DNA from: an uncultured Peptococcaceae bacterium
GTDB taxonomy: Bacteria; Bacillota; DSM-12270; Thermacetogeniales; Thermacetogeniaceae
Direction of reading: 5' to 3'
NCBI GenBank assembly: GCA_963767365.1
Contig: CAVYEE010000030.1
Span: 132,475-196,474 of the forward strand
DNA length: 64,000 nucleotides
The first letter of the stretch is position 1. Every line of letters begins with the position of its first letter. The position numbers were made by a program, and so were the translations under genes. Below, one piece after another: positions 9,745-21,400 of this stretch. The notes beneath the pieces were generated by a model. It was given only the letters and a program-made list of their open reading frames with translations. It searched no databases and was not told the DNA's origin.

Positions 9745-11784
9745 AAACGCCCCGACTAACTCGGTCTCGTACTCTGCAGCGGCCTTCTTGTGGATGCCGA
9801 GCTTCCAGGTGCGGTATTCGAGTGCGGAGACCAGCTTGTCGACAGCCACCTTCGGGTCGGTTTCGAAGATGAAGTAACCGCCGAACACGTCGTGGGCGAT
9901 GCTGGTGACGACGCTCCAGACCAGGCTGCTGCCCTCCAGCGGCGGGATGGGGCCGACGTGGGTCGGGATGCCGTTGAGGATGACCCAGGCGCCAATGGAG
10001 ACAGCCTTCTCACTCATAGCTTCAGGAGCACTGGCGACAAACGGCACCTTCGGCACGTCCACGCCCATCTCCTCGGCCATCATCATCCACATGTTGGCCG
10101 GACGGCTGTTATCCACGCAGGAACCCATGTGGAAAGCCAGCGGCAGCTTGTCTGGCAACCTGTTCTTGTTAGCCTCATAGAGCCGGTCGATGAAGGATTT
10201 CAGGCCGGGGCCGGCATACTTCTCCACGGCGTCGTAGTTCAACAGGCCGTGCTTGGCGGCGGCCTGCATCACGCAGCCGGTGCCTACCAGGAACACGTTC
10301 CTGGCGGCCAGGCCCTTGATCACCTCGATGTTGGTCAGGTCATGCATCACCGCCAGGTTGTTGCAGCCTGCCAGCAGGCAGACGCCGGCGATCTCGCCGC
10401 TCTCGATGGCGTCGGTCAGGACCTTGATCGGCTTGTCCGGGTTGATGGCGGCAAACAGGTCCAACATGGCTTCCAGGCTGAAGCCTGCCATGGTCTTGCT
10501 CTTGTAGTTCGGGATCTGCACCGGCGCACCGCTCGCCTTGCGTACCTTGAAGGTCTCGATGGCGAGCCGGATGACTCCCTTGGCGCTCTCCATCGCCCTG
10601 GTGTCGTCGAAGGCGAAGTGATAGGAGCCCGGGATCTTGGAGATCGGCATGGTCGTGACCAGCTTGGTGCTGAAGCATTCGGCGGCATTGCGGAGACCAG
10701 GCATAATGCATTGGACGTCTACCACCATGACGTCGACGGCCCCGGTGGCGATGACCAGTTCGGCGCCCATGTAGTTGTTGGCGATCGGGATGCCGGACCG
10801 CATCAAAACCTCGTTGCCGGTGCAGCAGATGCCAGCGATGACAATACCGCTGGCGCCGGCAGCCTTGACCTCGCCCTGGATGTCCTGTTCCTTACTGGCA
10901 TAGACTACCATCTGGCTGAGCAGCGGGTTGTGCCCGTGGACGATGATGTTTACCTTATCAGCATCCAACACGCCCATGTTGGCCTCGCTCATGACGGGCT
11001 TCGGAGTGCCAAACAGGATGTCGGACAGGTCGGTGGCCACTTGCATACCGGTCTGGTCTGCCAGGGAAGCCTTGAGGCCGCCGAAGATCAGGTTGACCGG
11101 GTCGGCGTCCACACCGATGTGGGTGCGGTGCATGACCTCAACCACCGAACGGTCGATGGCGGTCGGAACAACGTCCATCTCTGTCCACTTGCTCTTGCGA
11201 GCTTCGATGGCAGTAGACCAAAGGAAAGTGCAGGGAGATTCGTCCTGCTTCCCGAAGTCCTCCAGGGCAACCTCGGCCAATTCCTTGGCCAATGCCATGT
11301 CGGACTTTCCTTCAACGTTCAGGCCAATACGCTTGGCCACGCGATGCAATTTGTCCGGGTCAGTGATCTTGTAGTCGGGGGCGTGTCCCTCGGAGGCTGC
11401 GTGCAGCACGTGGGCGATGTGGCGCCCGTGGTCGGAGTGGGCGGAGGCGCCGCCGGCCATCATCCTGATGGCGTTCCGGGAGACGATCGTGTAGTCCTTG
11501 GCGCCGCAGATGCCCATGCTGCCCGGGCCCTCCTCGGCCCTGATGCGGCAGGGGCCCTGGAAGCAGATGCGGCAGCAGATGCCGGTATAGCCGAACTGGC
11601 ACTGCGGCTGCTGGGCGGACCAGCGGTCGAAGGTGGTGATGATGTTCTTCTCTTTGGCTACGTCGAGCATTTCCAGGATTGCCGGGTCGATGGTGCGCTT
11701 GATGTTCTTGGGGTCCTTGATCCGGTCTTTGCGCGCCACCGAAGGCTTGGAGTTCTGAAGCGAAGTATCTCTAAATCTCGGCAT
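9742..11784 (-). CDS. cooS: anaerobic Ni-CO dehydrogenase catalytic subunit (CooS/AcsA)
   Basis: The ORF is 680-686 aa. It has N-terminal B/D-cluster cysteines (CQFGYTGICCRICFQGPC) and C-cluster regions. The preferred start is ATG 11784, 9 nt after GGAGG. Confidence 0.92.
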   Translation of the reverse strand: MPRFRDTSLQNSKPSVARKDRIKDPKNIKRTIDPAILEMLDVAKEKNIITTFDRWSAQQPQCQFGYTGICCRICFQGPCRIRAEEGPGSMGICGAKDYTIVSRNAIRMMAGGASAHSDHGRHIAHVLHAASEGHAPDYKITDPDKLHRVAKRIGLNVEGKSDMALAKELAEVALEDFGKQDESPCTFLWSTAIEARKSKWTEMDVVPTAIDRSVVEVMHRTHIGVDADPVNLIFGGLKASLADQTGMQVATDLSDILFGTPKPVMSEANMGVLDADKVNIIVHGHNPLLSQMVVYASKEQDIQGEVKAAGASGIVIAGICCTGNEVLMRSGIPIANNYMGAELVIATGAVDVMVVDVQCIMPGLRNAAECFSTKLVTTMPISKIPGSYHFAFDDTRAMESAKGVIRLAIETFKVRKASGAPVQIPNYKSKTMAGFSLEAMLDLFAAINPDKPIKVLTDAIESGEIAGVCLLAGCNNLAVMHDLTNIEVIKGLAARNVFLVGTGCVMQAAAKHGLLNYDAVEKYAGPGLKSFIDRLYEANKNRLPDKLPLAFHMGSCVDNSRPANMWMMMAEEMGVDVPKVPFVASAPEAMSEKAVSIGAWVILNGIPTHVGPIPPLEGSSLVWSVVTSIAHDVFGGYFIFETDPKVAVDKLVSALEYRTWKLGIHKKAAAEYETELVGAF

Positions 11785-12062
11785 ACTTTTTAACCTCCCC
11801 ATAAGTAAAGACTTAAGGCAAGAACTTGTGCTTCCTCCCCGGGCATGTTCTTTTCGGACGAGCCATGCCAGGCGCCGCTTGAATCGGAAGTCGACCTCCG
11901 GCTTCTTGCCTCAATCGCAAGCGCGCCTTATCCAGCATACAACCACACTTTTTGGGAGGTGTGAGGTGAGAGGTCCGCTTCCCACTTCTCAATTCCGGGG
12001 TTGAGTGCCGGAGAAGCAAGGGTCTGTCTTTTATGTTGCCGCGGCGCCAGGGAAGCATTGCG

Positions 12063-12845
12063 TCACTTTGTTTGGCCTGTCGCCTCACCTACCTCCTGTA
12101 AAATTTGGTCAAAAACCTGCCTGACAGAATGTAATAAAACCTCTTCCAACCCCTGGGGATCTTCCATCATCGCCCTTTCCCAGAGTGTCTCGTCAAAGTC
12201 GAGGCAACCCAGCAATTCGCCCGGCGCAAAAGAGGAGGCAAGGAATTCCCTTTCTTTGGCAGAACGAACCTTATTGCCGACCACCCTCACCCTGGGCGCG
12301 TTCAACTCCCCCGCCAGCTTTTGAATCACATGCGCCGTGTCCACACTCACCCGCGTGGGTTCGGTGACGACCAGCAGCATGTCCACGCCCCGGGTCGTGC
12401 CGCGCGTCAATTGTTCGATGCCTGCGCCCAGGTCCAGGATGACGATCTGGCGATTCCCAAGGAGAAGAGAATTGATGGCAGCGTTCAGAAAAGCATTTTC
12501 CGGACAATAACAAGCACTGCTGGCATGCTTGACCGCCCCCATGCGCAGCAGCTTGATCTTCCCGACGTTGATCGCATACTGCTCCAGGATGTCGTCAACC
12601 TCGGGGTTAAGAATATACATCAGCCCGCCCCCGCCGGTCCGCTCGGCGATCAACTCTTTCATTTCCAACATCGGCGGTTGTGCAGAAAGCTGTGACTCAG
12701 GTACACCTAGGGTAGTCCCGAGACTGACATCGGGGTCCGCGTCCACTGCATAGACTTCAAAGCCGCGTTGTGCAAAGAGCTTCGCTAGTCCAGCCGCCAG
12801 GGTGGTCTTGCCGACCCCACCCTTTCCGGCGATGGCGATTTTCAC
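12063..12845 (-). CDS. cooC: CO dehydrogenase maturation ATPase CooC
   Basis: It has a P-loop (IAIAGKGGVGKTT) and CooC-like length. The start is a GTG at 12845, 7 nt after GGGGAG; the ORF track start at 12875 has no RBS. Confidence 0.85.
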   Translation of the reverse strand: MKIAIAGKGGVGKTTLAAGLAKLFAQRGFEVYAVDADPDVSLGTTLGVPESQLSAQPPMLEMKELIAERTGGGGLMYILNPEVDDILEQYAINVGKIKLLRMGAVKHASSACYCPENAFLNAAINSLLLGNRQIVILDLGAGIEQLTRGTTRGVDMLLVVTEPTRVSVDTAHVIQKLAGELNAPRVRVVGNKVRSAKEREFLASSFAPGELLGCLDFDETLWERAMMEDPQGLEEVLLHSVRQVFDQILQEVGEATGQTK

Positions 12846-12908
12846 ATTAACACTCCCCTGCCTAAAGTGGCTCACCTACAACCGGACAACCATCTAAAAA
12901 TGCTTTCT

Positions 12909-13040
12909 TTACCGATGGCTACCCGCTCTAATGCCCCCGCTTCTAAAGCGGTGGGATAAGAGCGGCTACGCCCCTAATTAACTGGCTCTAATCTTCAGTG
13001 GGGGAGGCAATCCCCCTCTGAAGCCAAGACCCAGTTGAAT
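12909..13040 (+). repeat. structured dispersed repeat, family A, copy A1
   Basis: TTACCGATGGCTACCCGCTCTAATGCCCCCGCTTCTAAAGCGGTGGGATAAGAGCGGCTAC...CTTCAGTGGGGG..CCCCCTCTGAAGCCAAGACCCAGTTGAAT. It has the same two-module architecture as the other 7 copies. Confidence 0.85.
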
Positions 13041-13137
13041 CCCTCCGTCCTGATTTCTACGCAAGCAGCCCTTCCTATAGACCCTCCGGCCCAGTCACAT
13101 ACCACCTGACAATTCTACATTGACGGGATAATTCCTG

Positions 13138-13162
13138 CATCAGCAACAAATTTTTGCTGATG
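13138..13162 (-). terminator. hairpin downstream of degV (possible terminator)
   Basis: CATCAGCAA-caaattt-TTGCTGATG lies 35 nt after the degV stop. There is no clear U-tract. Confidence 0.3.
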
Positions 13163-13196
13163 GATGTGTACCGGCAGGGAAGAGATAAGTGGTGTG

Positions 13197-14087
13197 TTAC
13201 GTCAACTTGTATTTGATTATTTCTTTCATGTCGTCCCTCACAGGATAGCAGCATAAAGCCAGGACTGGACCAATGTGAGCCCCGATCACCGGGCCCAACG
13301 GGCACAGTTCCAGGTACAGCTCCGGGTAAAGCCCTTGTACCCGCTGCAACAGGGCCTTCCCTTCAGCCTCGGCGCCAACGTGCACAAGCTCCACCTTCAG
13401 GTCGGGCGACTGCCGGTAGGCCTTGTCCACCTCGGCCAGGATCCGCTGCAACCCCTTCTCCTTTGTCCTGATCTTCTCGTAGACGTCGATGATGTTGTTC
13501 TTGCCGGGATTGAAATACAGGATTGGCTTCACCTGCAGCAGCGTTCCTACCAGTGCGGCAGCGCCGCCGATCCGTCCGCCCCTCCGCAGGTATTCCAGGC
13601 CGTCCGGTAAAAACAACAGCGTCAGGTGCTCCCTGATGTACTCGACGGCCTGCAGCACCCGCTCCTTTGACCAGCCGGCGGCAGCAGCCCGGGAGGCGGC
13701 ATCGACCATCACATAGAGTCCTAAGGAGGTAACGCCGGAATCCACCACGGAGATGTCCACTCCCGGCAGCATCCTGGCGGCAGAGCGGGCGGACTGCACG
13801 GTCCCGCTGATGCCCCCTGAGATATGGATGGAGATGATGCTGTCCACCTTGCCGGCCAGGCGCTCATAGACCTTTAAGAAATCGCCCATGGACGGCTGCG
13901 AGGTGGTGGGAAGATAGGATACCTGGCGCAGTTGTTCATAAAAATCCCGGTAGTCGGTAACGCTCGCTTCCGCCCAGCTCTGGTCGCCAAAGTTGACGAT
14001 CAGGGAGACCACCTCTACTTGCAGCTCTTCAATCTGCCCTGGAGTAAGATAAGCGGTACTGTCCGTCACGATCCCGATTTTTCCCAT
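13197..14087 (-). CDS. DegV family fatty-acid-binding protein
   Basis: This 296 aa ORF starts MGKIGIVTDSTAYL..., contains ...HISGGISGT..., and has DegV-typical length. Confidence 0.8.
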   Translation of the reverse strand: MGKIGIVTDSTAYLTPGQIEELQVEVVSLIVNFGDQSWAEASVTDYRDFYEQLRQVSYLPTTSQPSMGDFLKVYERLAGKVDSIISIHISGGISGTVQSARSAARMLPGVDISVVDSGVTSLGLYVMVDAASRAAAAGWSKERVLQAVEYIREHLTLLFLPDGLEYLRRGGRIGGAAALVGTLLQVKPILYFNPGKNNIIDVYEKIRTKEKGLQRILAEVDKAYRQSPDLKVELVHVGAEAEGKALLQRVQGLYPELYLELCPLGPVIGAHIGPVLALCCYPVRDDMKEIIKYKLT

Positions 14088-14257
14088 ATCGTTTCCTCCC
14101 GTCTCATTTGATCCTGCATAACTACTACTACAGTATTTGCGCTGTGGAACTTTAGTTGTACTTATTCTTGTTTCCTTGATGTTTATTCAATGCAAGTATA
14201 GCATTTTTTGAGTTTTAACTATACCTAAATCTTATTGTTTTGAACACAAGATACTTT

Positions 14258-14286
14258 CTTGACGCGTATTCACCGTAGTGCTATTT
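14258..14286 (+). promoter_or_regulatory. putative sigma70-type promoter for the cupin gene
   Basis: TTGACG-17 nt-TATTTT lies about 75 nt upstream of ATG 14362. Confidence 0.35.
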
Positions 14287-14361
14287 TGTTGGCAGGTGGC
14301 GCAATCTCCGGATAAGATACCGGAGGACGGCAAAGCACAACTTGAAAGGACGGGGAGAAGA

Positions 14362-14709
14362 ATGTATCTCAAAGAGGTAAAAAACATCGATTCCAAGGCT
14401 GTGAACGCCCCGGGAGTTGTTAATGCGTTCAAGCAAGTCCTGGTGGGGCCGCAGCAAGGCTGGTCAGGCTGGGTGATGCGCCTGTTTACCCTGGGCAAGG
14501 GCGGCAGCACCCCGAAGCACTCACATCCCTGGCCGCACATCAACTATATCGTCAGGGGGACGGGAACTCTGTTTCTGGAAGGTGAAGAGCGGGGGATCGG
14601 ATCTGATTACGTTGCCTACATCCCCGGCGGAGTAGCGCATCAGTTTAAAAACACGGGGGAGTCCGAGCTATCTTTTATCTGTATCGTGCCGGAAGAGGGA
14701 GATGTGTAA
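14362..14709 (+). CDS. cupin domain protein
   Basis: It carries cupin motifs (GGSTPKHSHPWPH ... GGVAHQFKNTG). I prefer the internal ATG at 14362, preceded by GGGGAG, over the track start at 14278. Confidence 0.7.
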   Translation: MYLKEVKNIDSKAVNAPGVVNAFKQVLVGPQQGWSGWVMRLFTLGKGGSTPKHSHPWPHINYIVRGTGTLFLEGEERGIGSDYVAYIPGGVAHQFKNTGESELSFICIVPEEGDV

Positions 14710-14858
14710 GGGAAGCACTTCCATCCCATTGCCGATGCTTCAAACAATAACAGCGGATAGACTCTTCCTTTTTCAGGAGAGCCTATCCGCTATCCATCTG
14801 TCCCGAAGCTCGACAGCATCAAGAAAGTTATTGCCGGCTTCAGACCGCCGGAACAGGT

Positions 14859-15374
14859 TCAAAGACAGTTTCCTAGCAGGTAATCACACACCGGAAGCAC
14901 CGTGTCCTGAAGTTTCCGGGACAGTCCCGGAGCAACCTCCTCGGGGATAGATTGCGGTTCAACGGCAACAAGCAGCACATCGAGCTGACACTGGTGCTTC
15001 ATCTCTTTTAAAAGGCTGGATGTTGGCAGATGGTGCAGCGAAAAATCGCCGCCTTTAACCGAAGGGAAATCTTCAACAGGCCTCACGGACACTTCTCCCG
15101 GCTGTCTTCCTGCAATCATGGTGTCTATGGCGACTATTTTTTGCGGTCTGATGGGGGACAAGGCAACAGTACACAGGATATCCCTGATGCCAGTCCCCAC
15201 ATCCAGGATGCAGACATCATCCGGCACTTTGCAATGAGTTTGGAGATGCGCAGCTACGGCCGGACCGAAGCCGTCGTCACCAAAGAGGATGTTTCCGCAT
15301 CCCAAGACGAGCACACGACTCCTGCAGAATTCTGGGATACAATCTTCAATAGATACGCCTGGCCTGCTCATCAC
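14859..15374 (-). CDS. [NiFe] hydrogenase maturation endopeptidase
   Basis: It has VLVLGCGNILFGDDGFGP and a later ...H motif. It lies directly downstream of the large subunit with a 4-nt overlap. Confidence 0.8.
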   Translation of the reverse strand: MMSRPGVSIEDCIPEFCRSRVLVLGCGNILFGDDGFGPAVAAHLQTHCKVPDDVCILDVGTGIRDILCTVALSPIRPQKIVAIDTMIAGRQPGEVSVRPVEDFPSVKGGDFSLHHLPTSSLLKEMKHQCQLDVLLVAVEPQSIPEEVAPGLSRKLQDTVLPVCDYLLGNCL

Positions 15375-16811
15375 TCTGTTATTGTCCCGGCCAGGTTCCC
15401 ATTACAGTCAAAGACGTCTATCTTGACGGGGATCCTGGCATCAAGACTATGAGTCGCGCATGATAGGCACGGATCATAGGCCCGAATTGCCATTTCTACG
15501 GTGTTAAGCACTCCCTGGTCATATTGACCGCCTTTGATGTTGTCCTGAGCCGCTTTCTTGACCGACATATTGATGGCGGCATTGTTGTGGGTTGTTCCCA
15601 CAATAATATTGACGTCCGTCACTATGCCTTTCTCATCAGTCTGGTAGTCATGAATGAGCGTCCCGCCGAGGCGCCTCCACCACTCCAATGCCCCGGGCAG
15701 CCCGGGGGCTGACCGCTTTTCTGGTATTCGGATCTGTGATCTCGGGATCATTCAAAAGTTCGATCGCCCTTTCCGCCGCATACACCGACTCGATCAGTCT
15801 TGCCCAATGATAGAGCAGAGTTAATTGGGTTGGCCTCCCGAAGCTTGCCCTGAACTCCTCCAGTTCTTTGTTGGCAAGAGGCGTGGCGATGCGGTCACAC
15901 ACGTTGATTCTGGCCAGGGCGTTCGTCCTGTAGATACCGATCGGGTTAGCCAGGTCCATGGAGAAGGGTTCTGCTGCTTTCCGGTAATAGGGGAACTTCA
16001 TGTAAGTCCAGGGCTCGACATGTTCGGCAATATAGTCCAGGTACTGCTCGGCGGCAAAGTCTTCGTATGACCCATCCCGGGTCATCATCCGGAGGTTGCC
16101 GTCGTAGAGGTTCAACGCTCCGTCCTTGACCATTCCAAGAAAGCCAGTGCTGATGGGGGCAAAGGACTTGACCAGATCAAGGTACTTGGGGAAGATCTGC
16201 GTCTTGGCAAAGTCAATGGCAAAAGTAGTGAAATCCAGGCATTCCTCGGCCATACCCTTCAGGCGTTCGACCTCATCCTTAGTAACTGGCTTGCTCCAAC
16301 CCCCGGGAACGGAGACATCGGGGTGGATGGCCTTTCCGCCCAGAATTTGAGTCATCATCTGGGCTAAAAATCTGGTGCGTACCACTCGCTTAGCCAAGTC
16401 GGGAGCCCTCTGGACAATGCCTACCACATTCCTGATGGAGTAATCGGCATCCGGTCCCAGGACAAAGTCTGGTCCTGATAGGATGAAGAAATGCAACACG
16501 TGGCTGGAGATGAAATGGGCCATGTAGGCAAGCTCGCGCAGCTTCTTTGCCGCTGACGGTATCTCTACCCCGAAAACGGCATCGCAAGCCTTGGAGGATG
16601 CCAAATGGTGTGCCCAGGGACAGACACCACAGATACGGCACACAATGCGAGGCAGTTCCTCGACCGGCCGGCCGATGCAAAATCTTTCAAATCCCCTCAG
16701 TTCAACCACGTTGACCTTCGCATCAGCGACATTTCCCTGGTCATCGAGTTGAATCGTAACCTTGGCATGACCTTCAATCCTTGTTACAGGCTGAATTACA
16801 ATCTGCTTCAT
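15371..16811 (-). pseudogene. mvhA: [NiFe] hydrogenase large subunit (Mvh/F420-non-reducing type); apparent 1-nt frameshift near 15665
   Basis: The N-terminus has RIEGH and RICGVCPWAHH, and the C-terminus has DPCLSCATH. ORFs 15648..16868 and 15371..15751 join at the conserved EAPRG/TLIHDY motif if one C is removed. The start is ATG 16811, after AAGGAAGGAG. Confidence 0.8.
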
Positions 16812-16827
16812 GGCAATTTCTCCTTCC

Positions 16828-17751
16828 TTATTTTGTCGGTGTGGGCCGGAGCCGTCCCACCACACCAATGAACCGGTTAAAAGTGGCCGCCCGATCCTCT
16901 ATTTCCTTGACATCGAGCCCAATGCTCGAGAGGGCGCCCATCATATCGACCATCGGGTTAGCTCCGGCCCGGATGGGACCGAAACAACCACGGCAGGCCA
17001 TATAAGCCTTGATACAGCGAGGGGTTTTTTCCGACCCACCACAGCCAGACCTTGTTGCCGGTCCCAGGCAGAGGAAGCCCTGTTCCATCAGGCAGCGCAC
17101 CTCATTCATGGGTTGACCCGGCACGAACTCAGCATTCTCAAGCGGCCTCTTCAACTTCACTACAGCCTTCTTCTCCCTCCTGGTAGGGCAGTCGTCGCAG
17201 ACACTCCTCTCTGCAAGGGCGAAAGGCTTCCCCGCCAAGAGGCTGGTCAAGGCCTCAGCAATTAATTCAGGCGTGGGTGGACAGCCAGGCAACTGGACAT
17301 CAACCTTGACAACCTCACTCACTGAATATACCCTGTCCATGAAGGGGGGGATATCTGCAGCCGGGGTATCCGCCGGTTCGGTGCTGCTCGTGCCCCGGTA
17401 GACTTTATCGAAGATATCCTGTGTGGTGGACAGATTGCCTAAAGCTGGTATGCCGCCAAAGTTGGCACAGGAGCCGATGGCAATCAGTGTCTTACACTTG
17501 TTGCGCAGTTCCACGGCCACCTGTTTATTCTCCTCGGTACGGATGCCCCCGCTGATGATCCCCACATCGGCCTCCGGGATTTCCAGAGTGCTTTTCTCTC
17601 CCATTTGCCCATAATACTTATGGTCCATGAGCACGGGCATATGGACAAACTCCAACTCGGGCAACAAATCCAGCAATGGCTCTCCTATATCGAGAATACT
17701 GACCTCACAACCGCCGCAGGTGGCTAGCCACTCTTCCGCTACTCGCACCAT
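16828..17751 (-). CDS. mvhG: [NiFe] hydrogenase small subunit (MvhG-like)
   Basis: This 307 aa ORF has CGGCEVS, GSCANFGGIP and distal Fe-S Cys clusters, and no Tat signal. That fits a cytoplasmic Mvh-type enzyme. Confidence 0.8.
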   Translation of the reverse strand: MVRVAEEWLATCGGCEVSILDIGEPLLDLLPELEFVHMPVLMDHKYYGQMGEKSTLEIPEADVGIISGGIRTEENKQVAVELRNKCKTLIAIGSCANFGGIPALGNLSTTQDIFDKVYRGTSSTEPADTPAADIPPFMDRVYSVSEVVKVDVQLPGCPPTPELIAEALTSLLAGKPFALAERSVCDDCPTRREKKAVVKLKRPLENAEFVPGQPMNEVRCLMEQGFLCLGPATRSGCGGSEKTPRCIKAYMACRGCFGPIRAGANPMVDMMGALSSIGLDVKEIEDRAATFNRFIGVVGRLRPTPTK

Positions 17752-17776
17752 AGACTTAACCTCCCTTCAGTTATTT

Positions 17777-17962
17777 TCACTCTCCTACCGCTTGAACCAC
17801 TCTTCTCGTGAATAAAAAGCATTGTCCACCATCCTCGATCATCTCGACATCAAATCCATCACTGCTGTATTTTTGCATCCCCTCCTCCGCCTCTTGACGA
17901 CCTGGATAGGTCATTCCATCCCACATAAATTTCTTTCCGCTGAACGTCTTTACCAGGTCCAT
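17777..17962 (-). CDS. small hypothetical protein (61 aa) inside the hydrogenase/Hdr operon
   Basis: A good RBS (GAGGTGA, 4 nt before the ATG) precedes it, and it sits tightly between mvhD and mvhG. I recognised no family. Confidence 0.5.
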   Translation of the reverse strand: MDLVKTFSGKKFMWDGMTYPGRQEAEEGMQKYSSDGFDVEMIEDGGQCFLFTRRVVQAVGE

Positions 17963-17988
17963 AACATCACCTCAAAAAGTAAGTAGTA

Positions 17989-18405
17989 CTACATTTTAAA
18001 TGGGCTAGGCCCCAGAGCCTTTACTTGAGCTGTCATCTCGGTGACAACCTCGGCAAACCTGGGCGCCTCGGATGCCGATACCCATTCCAGCCTGAATCTC
18101 TCTTCTTCAATGCCCATGTCCTGCATCATCAGCTTGATGGCATCGGCCCTGGTTTGCGCCTTCAGGTTTCCCTCCAGGTAATGGCAATCTCCAATATGAC
18201 AGCCGCAAACAAGCACTCCGTCAGCGCCTTTAGTCAAAGCATCGATGATCAGGTTTGGATGCACCATCCCACTGCACATAACCCTGATGATCCGGATATT
18301 CGGCGGATATTGGAGCCGGGAAACTCCTGTCAGATCCGCCCCCGCATAAGAGCACCAGTTGCAGCAGAAGGTCACAATCAATGGTTCAAAAGTTTCTGTA
18401 CTCAT
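17989..18405 (-). CDS. mvhD: MvhD-type [2Fe-2S] hydrogenase/Hdr electron-transfer subunit (Cys form)
   Basis: This 138 aa ORF has [12 protein letters not shown]...RVMCSG...VCGCHIGDCHY. Confidence 0.85.
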   Translation of the reverse strand: MSTETFEPLIVTFCCNWCSYAGADLTGVSRLQYPPNIRIIRVMCSGMVHPNLIIDALTKGADGVLVCGCHIGDCHYLEGNLKAQTRADAIKLMMQDMGIEEERFRLEWVSASEAPRFAEVVTEMTAQVKALGPSPFKM

Positions 18406-21400
18406 TTTATCAACGCCGCCTCCACCATAGCTTCAATCTGGTCCAGCCTGAAATTCCGCACGATAATACCCCTCTTGGGACAGGTAGCCTGACAGACGCC
18501 ACAGCCCCGGCACTTGGCGGGGTCTGACTCCACCGTCTTTTTAACGCTGCCGTCTTTCATGTACTCGATCAGGGTGAGGGCATCGTAGGGACACGGGTCA
18601 ATACAGTAGGCACAGCCGTCGCAATTCTCGTCCACCACCTGGGAGACCCTCGGGTCAAGCTCCATCCGGCGCTTGGAAAGCACTGTGGAGGCCCGGGCTG
18701 CGGCAGCGCCTGCCTGAACCAGGCTCTCAGTCAAAGACTTGGGCCCGTGCGCCAAACCACAGAAGAAGATCCCCTCATAGGCAAAATCCACCGGCCTGAG
18801 CTTCATGTGGGCTTCCAGGAAGAATCCGTCCTGTGTCAAGGGCAGCTTGAGCTTCTTGGCCAGGGCGCCGCTGTCATTCTGAGGCGTCATGCCGGTGGAT
18901 AAGATAACGGCATCGCAGTCAATATTGAGCTTCATATTCAGCAATTCATCATCCACCGCTACTGCAAGATGCCCGTTTGCGGCTGCTAATTCAGGCTTGT
19001 GGGCGGCATTGAAACGGATAAACCGCACTCCCGCTTCCCGCGCCTGACGATAATAGGCTTCATTGAAGCCGTAGGTGCGGATATCGTGGTTGAGGATGAA
19101 GACGCTGGCTTGCCGGTTCCTTTCCTTGATCTTCAGGGCGTTCTTCACCGCTTGTGAGCAGCATACCCGGCTGCAATAACCTCCCGGTGACTCGCACGGG
19201 CCAACACACTGCACCATAACAACCGAGTTTGCTTTGAAGGCGCCGCCGCTCAGTTGCTCCTCCAACTCAAGCTGGGTCATTACCCTCTGGTCTTGACCAT
19301 AGAGATATCCCTGGGGCTCATACTCTTTAGCGCCGGTAGCCACTATGGCAGCCCCGTGCTCCAGCACACGGCGCTCGCCATCTGCCTGGAACTCCGTCTT
19401 AAAGTTGCCCACCGACCCCTGGAAGTCAAGAATCTCGGCATTGGTGTAGATCTGGATCTTGGGATGAGCGGTTACCCTCTGGACCAGGGCATCCAGCATC
19501 TCCTGGGGATTATCGCCGTTCATCATGAATTTCAGACGGCGGGCATTGCCTCCTAGTTGTGGGCCCTTTTCCAGCAGGTAAGTCTGGAAGCCTTCCTCTG
19601 CCAGGTTAAGGGCAGCCGTCATCCCCGCCATGCCACCCCCGATGACCAGACCCCTGGGAACGACTTCGATGAACTGCGGGTATAGCGGCTCCAGCAATCT
19701 TGCCTTCGCCGCAGCCATTCTGACCAAGTCTTTTGCCTTTTCGGTCGCAGCCACCGGTTCATGCATGTGCACCCAGGAACACTGGTCACGGATATTGGCC
19801 ATCTCAAAGAGACAGGGATTGAGCCCGGCCTCCCGCAAGGTATCCTGGAAAAGCGGCTCATGGGTTCTTGGTGTGCATGAGGCGACGATAACCCGGTTCA
19901 GGTTATGCTCCTCAATTTTCTGCTTGATCGCCTGCTGCGTATCGGTGGAGCAGGTGTACAGGTTATCTTCGGCATAGACGACGTCAGGTAATGTTTTTAC
20001 GTATTCAACGACCTCGGGGACATTGACCACCGCTCCAATGTTCCGTCCACAATGGCAGACAAAGATACCAATCCGTGGTTCTTCTCCAACCACGTTCCTT
20101 TCCGGCGGATATGTCTTGTCACGGATCAGGGCGCCCCTCTCATCGGCAAGAAGACACATCACCTTGGCGGCTGCCGCTGAAGCCTCCATGACGCTCTCCG
20201 GAATATCCTTAGGCCCGGAAAACATGCCGGTCACGTAAATGCCGGGCTTTGAAGATTCAGTCGGCGCCAATTCCCGGGTACTGGCAAAACCGTACTCGTT
20301 AAGGTCAATGCCAAAGGTCCGGGCCAGTGAGGCGCTCTCAGATAATGGCTTTACTCCTACAGAGAGAACGATCAGGTCGAACTCGTCGCTCGCTACCTGA
20401 CCATCCTCCTGCTGGTACTGGATGGTCAGATTTTTTGTCGCCGGAATCTCCTTGACCGCTGAAGGGCGAGACCGGATGTAGCTGACGCCGAGTTCCTTGG
20501 CCCGGTGATAGTAAGCCTCGTAGCCCTTGCCGAAGGCCCGCATATCGATATAGAAAATGGTGCAGTCGGTATCAGGAGCATGCTCCTTGACAATGACAGC
20601 CTCCTTGGTGGCATACATGCAACAGATTGAAGAGCAGTATTCGTGGTCCACTTCCCACGAGCCCACGCATTGAATAAAGGCTATTTTCCTTGGCGGCTTG
20701 AGGTCGGAGGGGCGAAGGACATGACCCATGTGGGGGCCGCTTGCCGAAAGCAACCGTTCAAACTGGAGGCTGGAGACAACATTGGGATACCGCCCGTAGC
20801 CGAGTTCCTGCCTGGGTACCGGGTCGACGGTCTCGTAGCCGGGTGCCAGGATCACGGCGCCTGCCTCGATCTCGACGATTTCGTCCTCCTGATCGTAGTC
20901 GATCGCCTTTGGCCCGCAGAAGTTCTCGCAGGTCCGGCAGGCATCCTGACCATCCCTGAGAAAATGCATGCAGGTAGTCCGGTCAATGACCGGTACCTTG
21001 GGTATGGCCTGGGCGAAGGGAATGTAAATCGACCGTCTCCCGGCAAGGCCCTCATCGTATTCGGAGAGGATTGGCCGCGGCTTATTCCTAGTGATTTTTG
21101 CCAGATCGATTGCTCCGGTGGGGCACACTGTCACGCAGGCGCCACAGGTGACACAGGCGTCGGAAAACTCGCCGAAAGGCGGGCTGACCTTCCTCTTATG
21201 GCCGCGGCCGACGAAATCAATGGCGCCGACCTTCATCCTTTCCCGGCATACCCGGACGCAAAGCCCACACAGGATGCACTGCTCATTCTCATCCGGTTGG
21301 AAGCGCCGCATGAACGCCTCGTCGACACCGATTTCCCCTGCCAGTTCTTTCAGCTTGGGGACATCTGGGCAACGCAGGAGCAGCAGTTCCATCACGAGCC

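Noticed and set aside
11803-12062. The 260-nt spacer between cooC and cooS, with track ORF 11813..12088 (91 aa).
   Set aside because: The translation is Arg/Pro/Lys-rich and non-protein-like, and there is no RBS. The spacer may hold an RNA structure or internal promoter, but I could not define one from the sequence.
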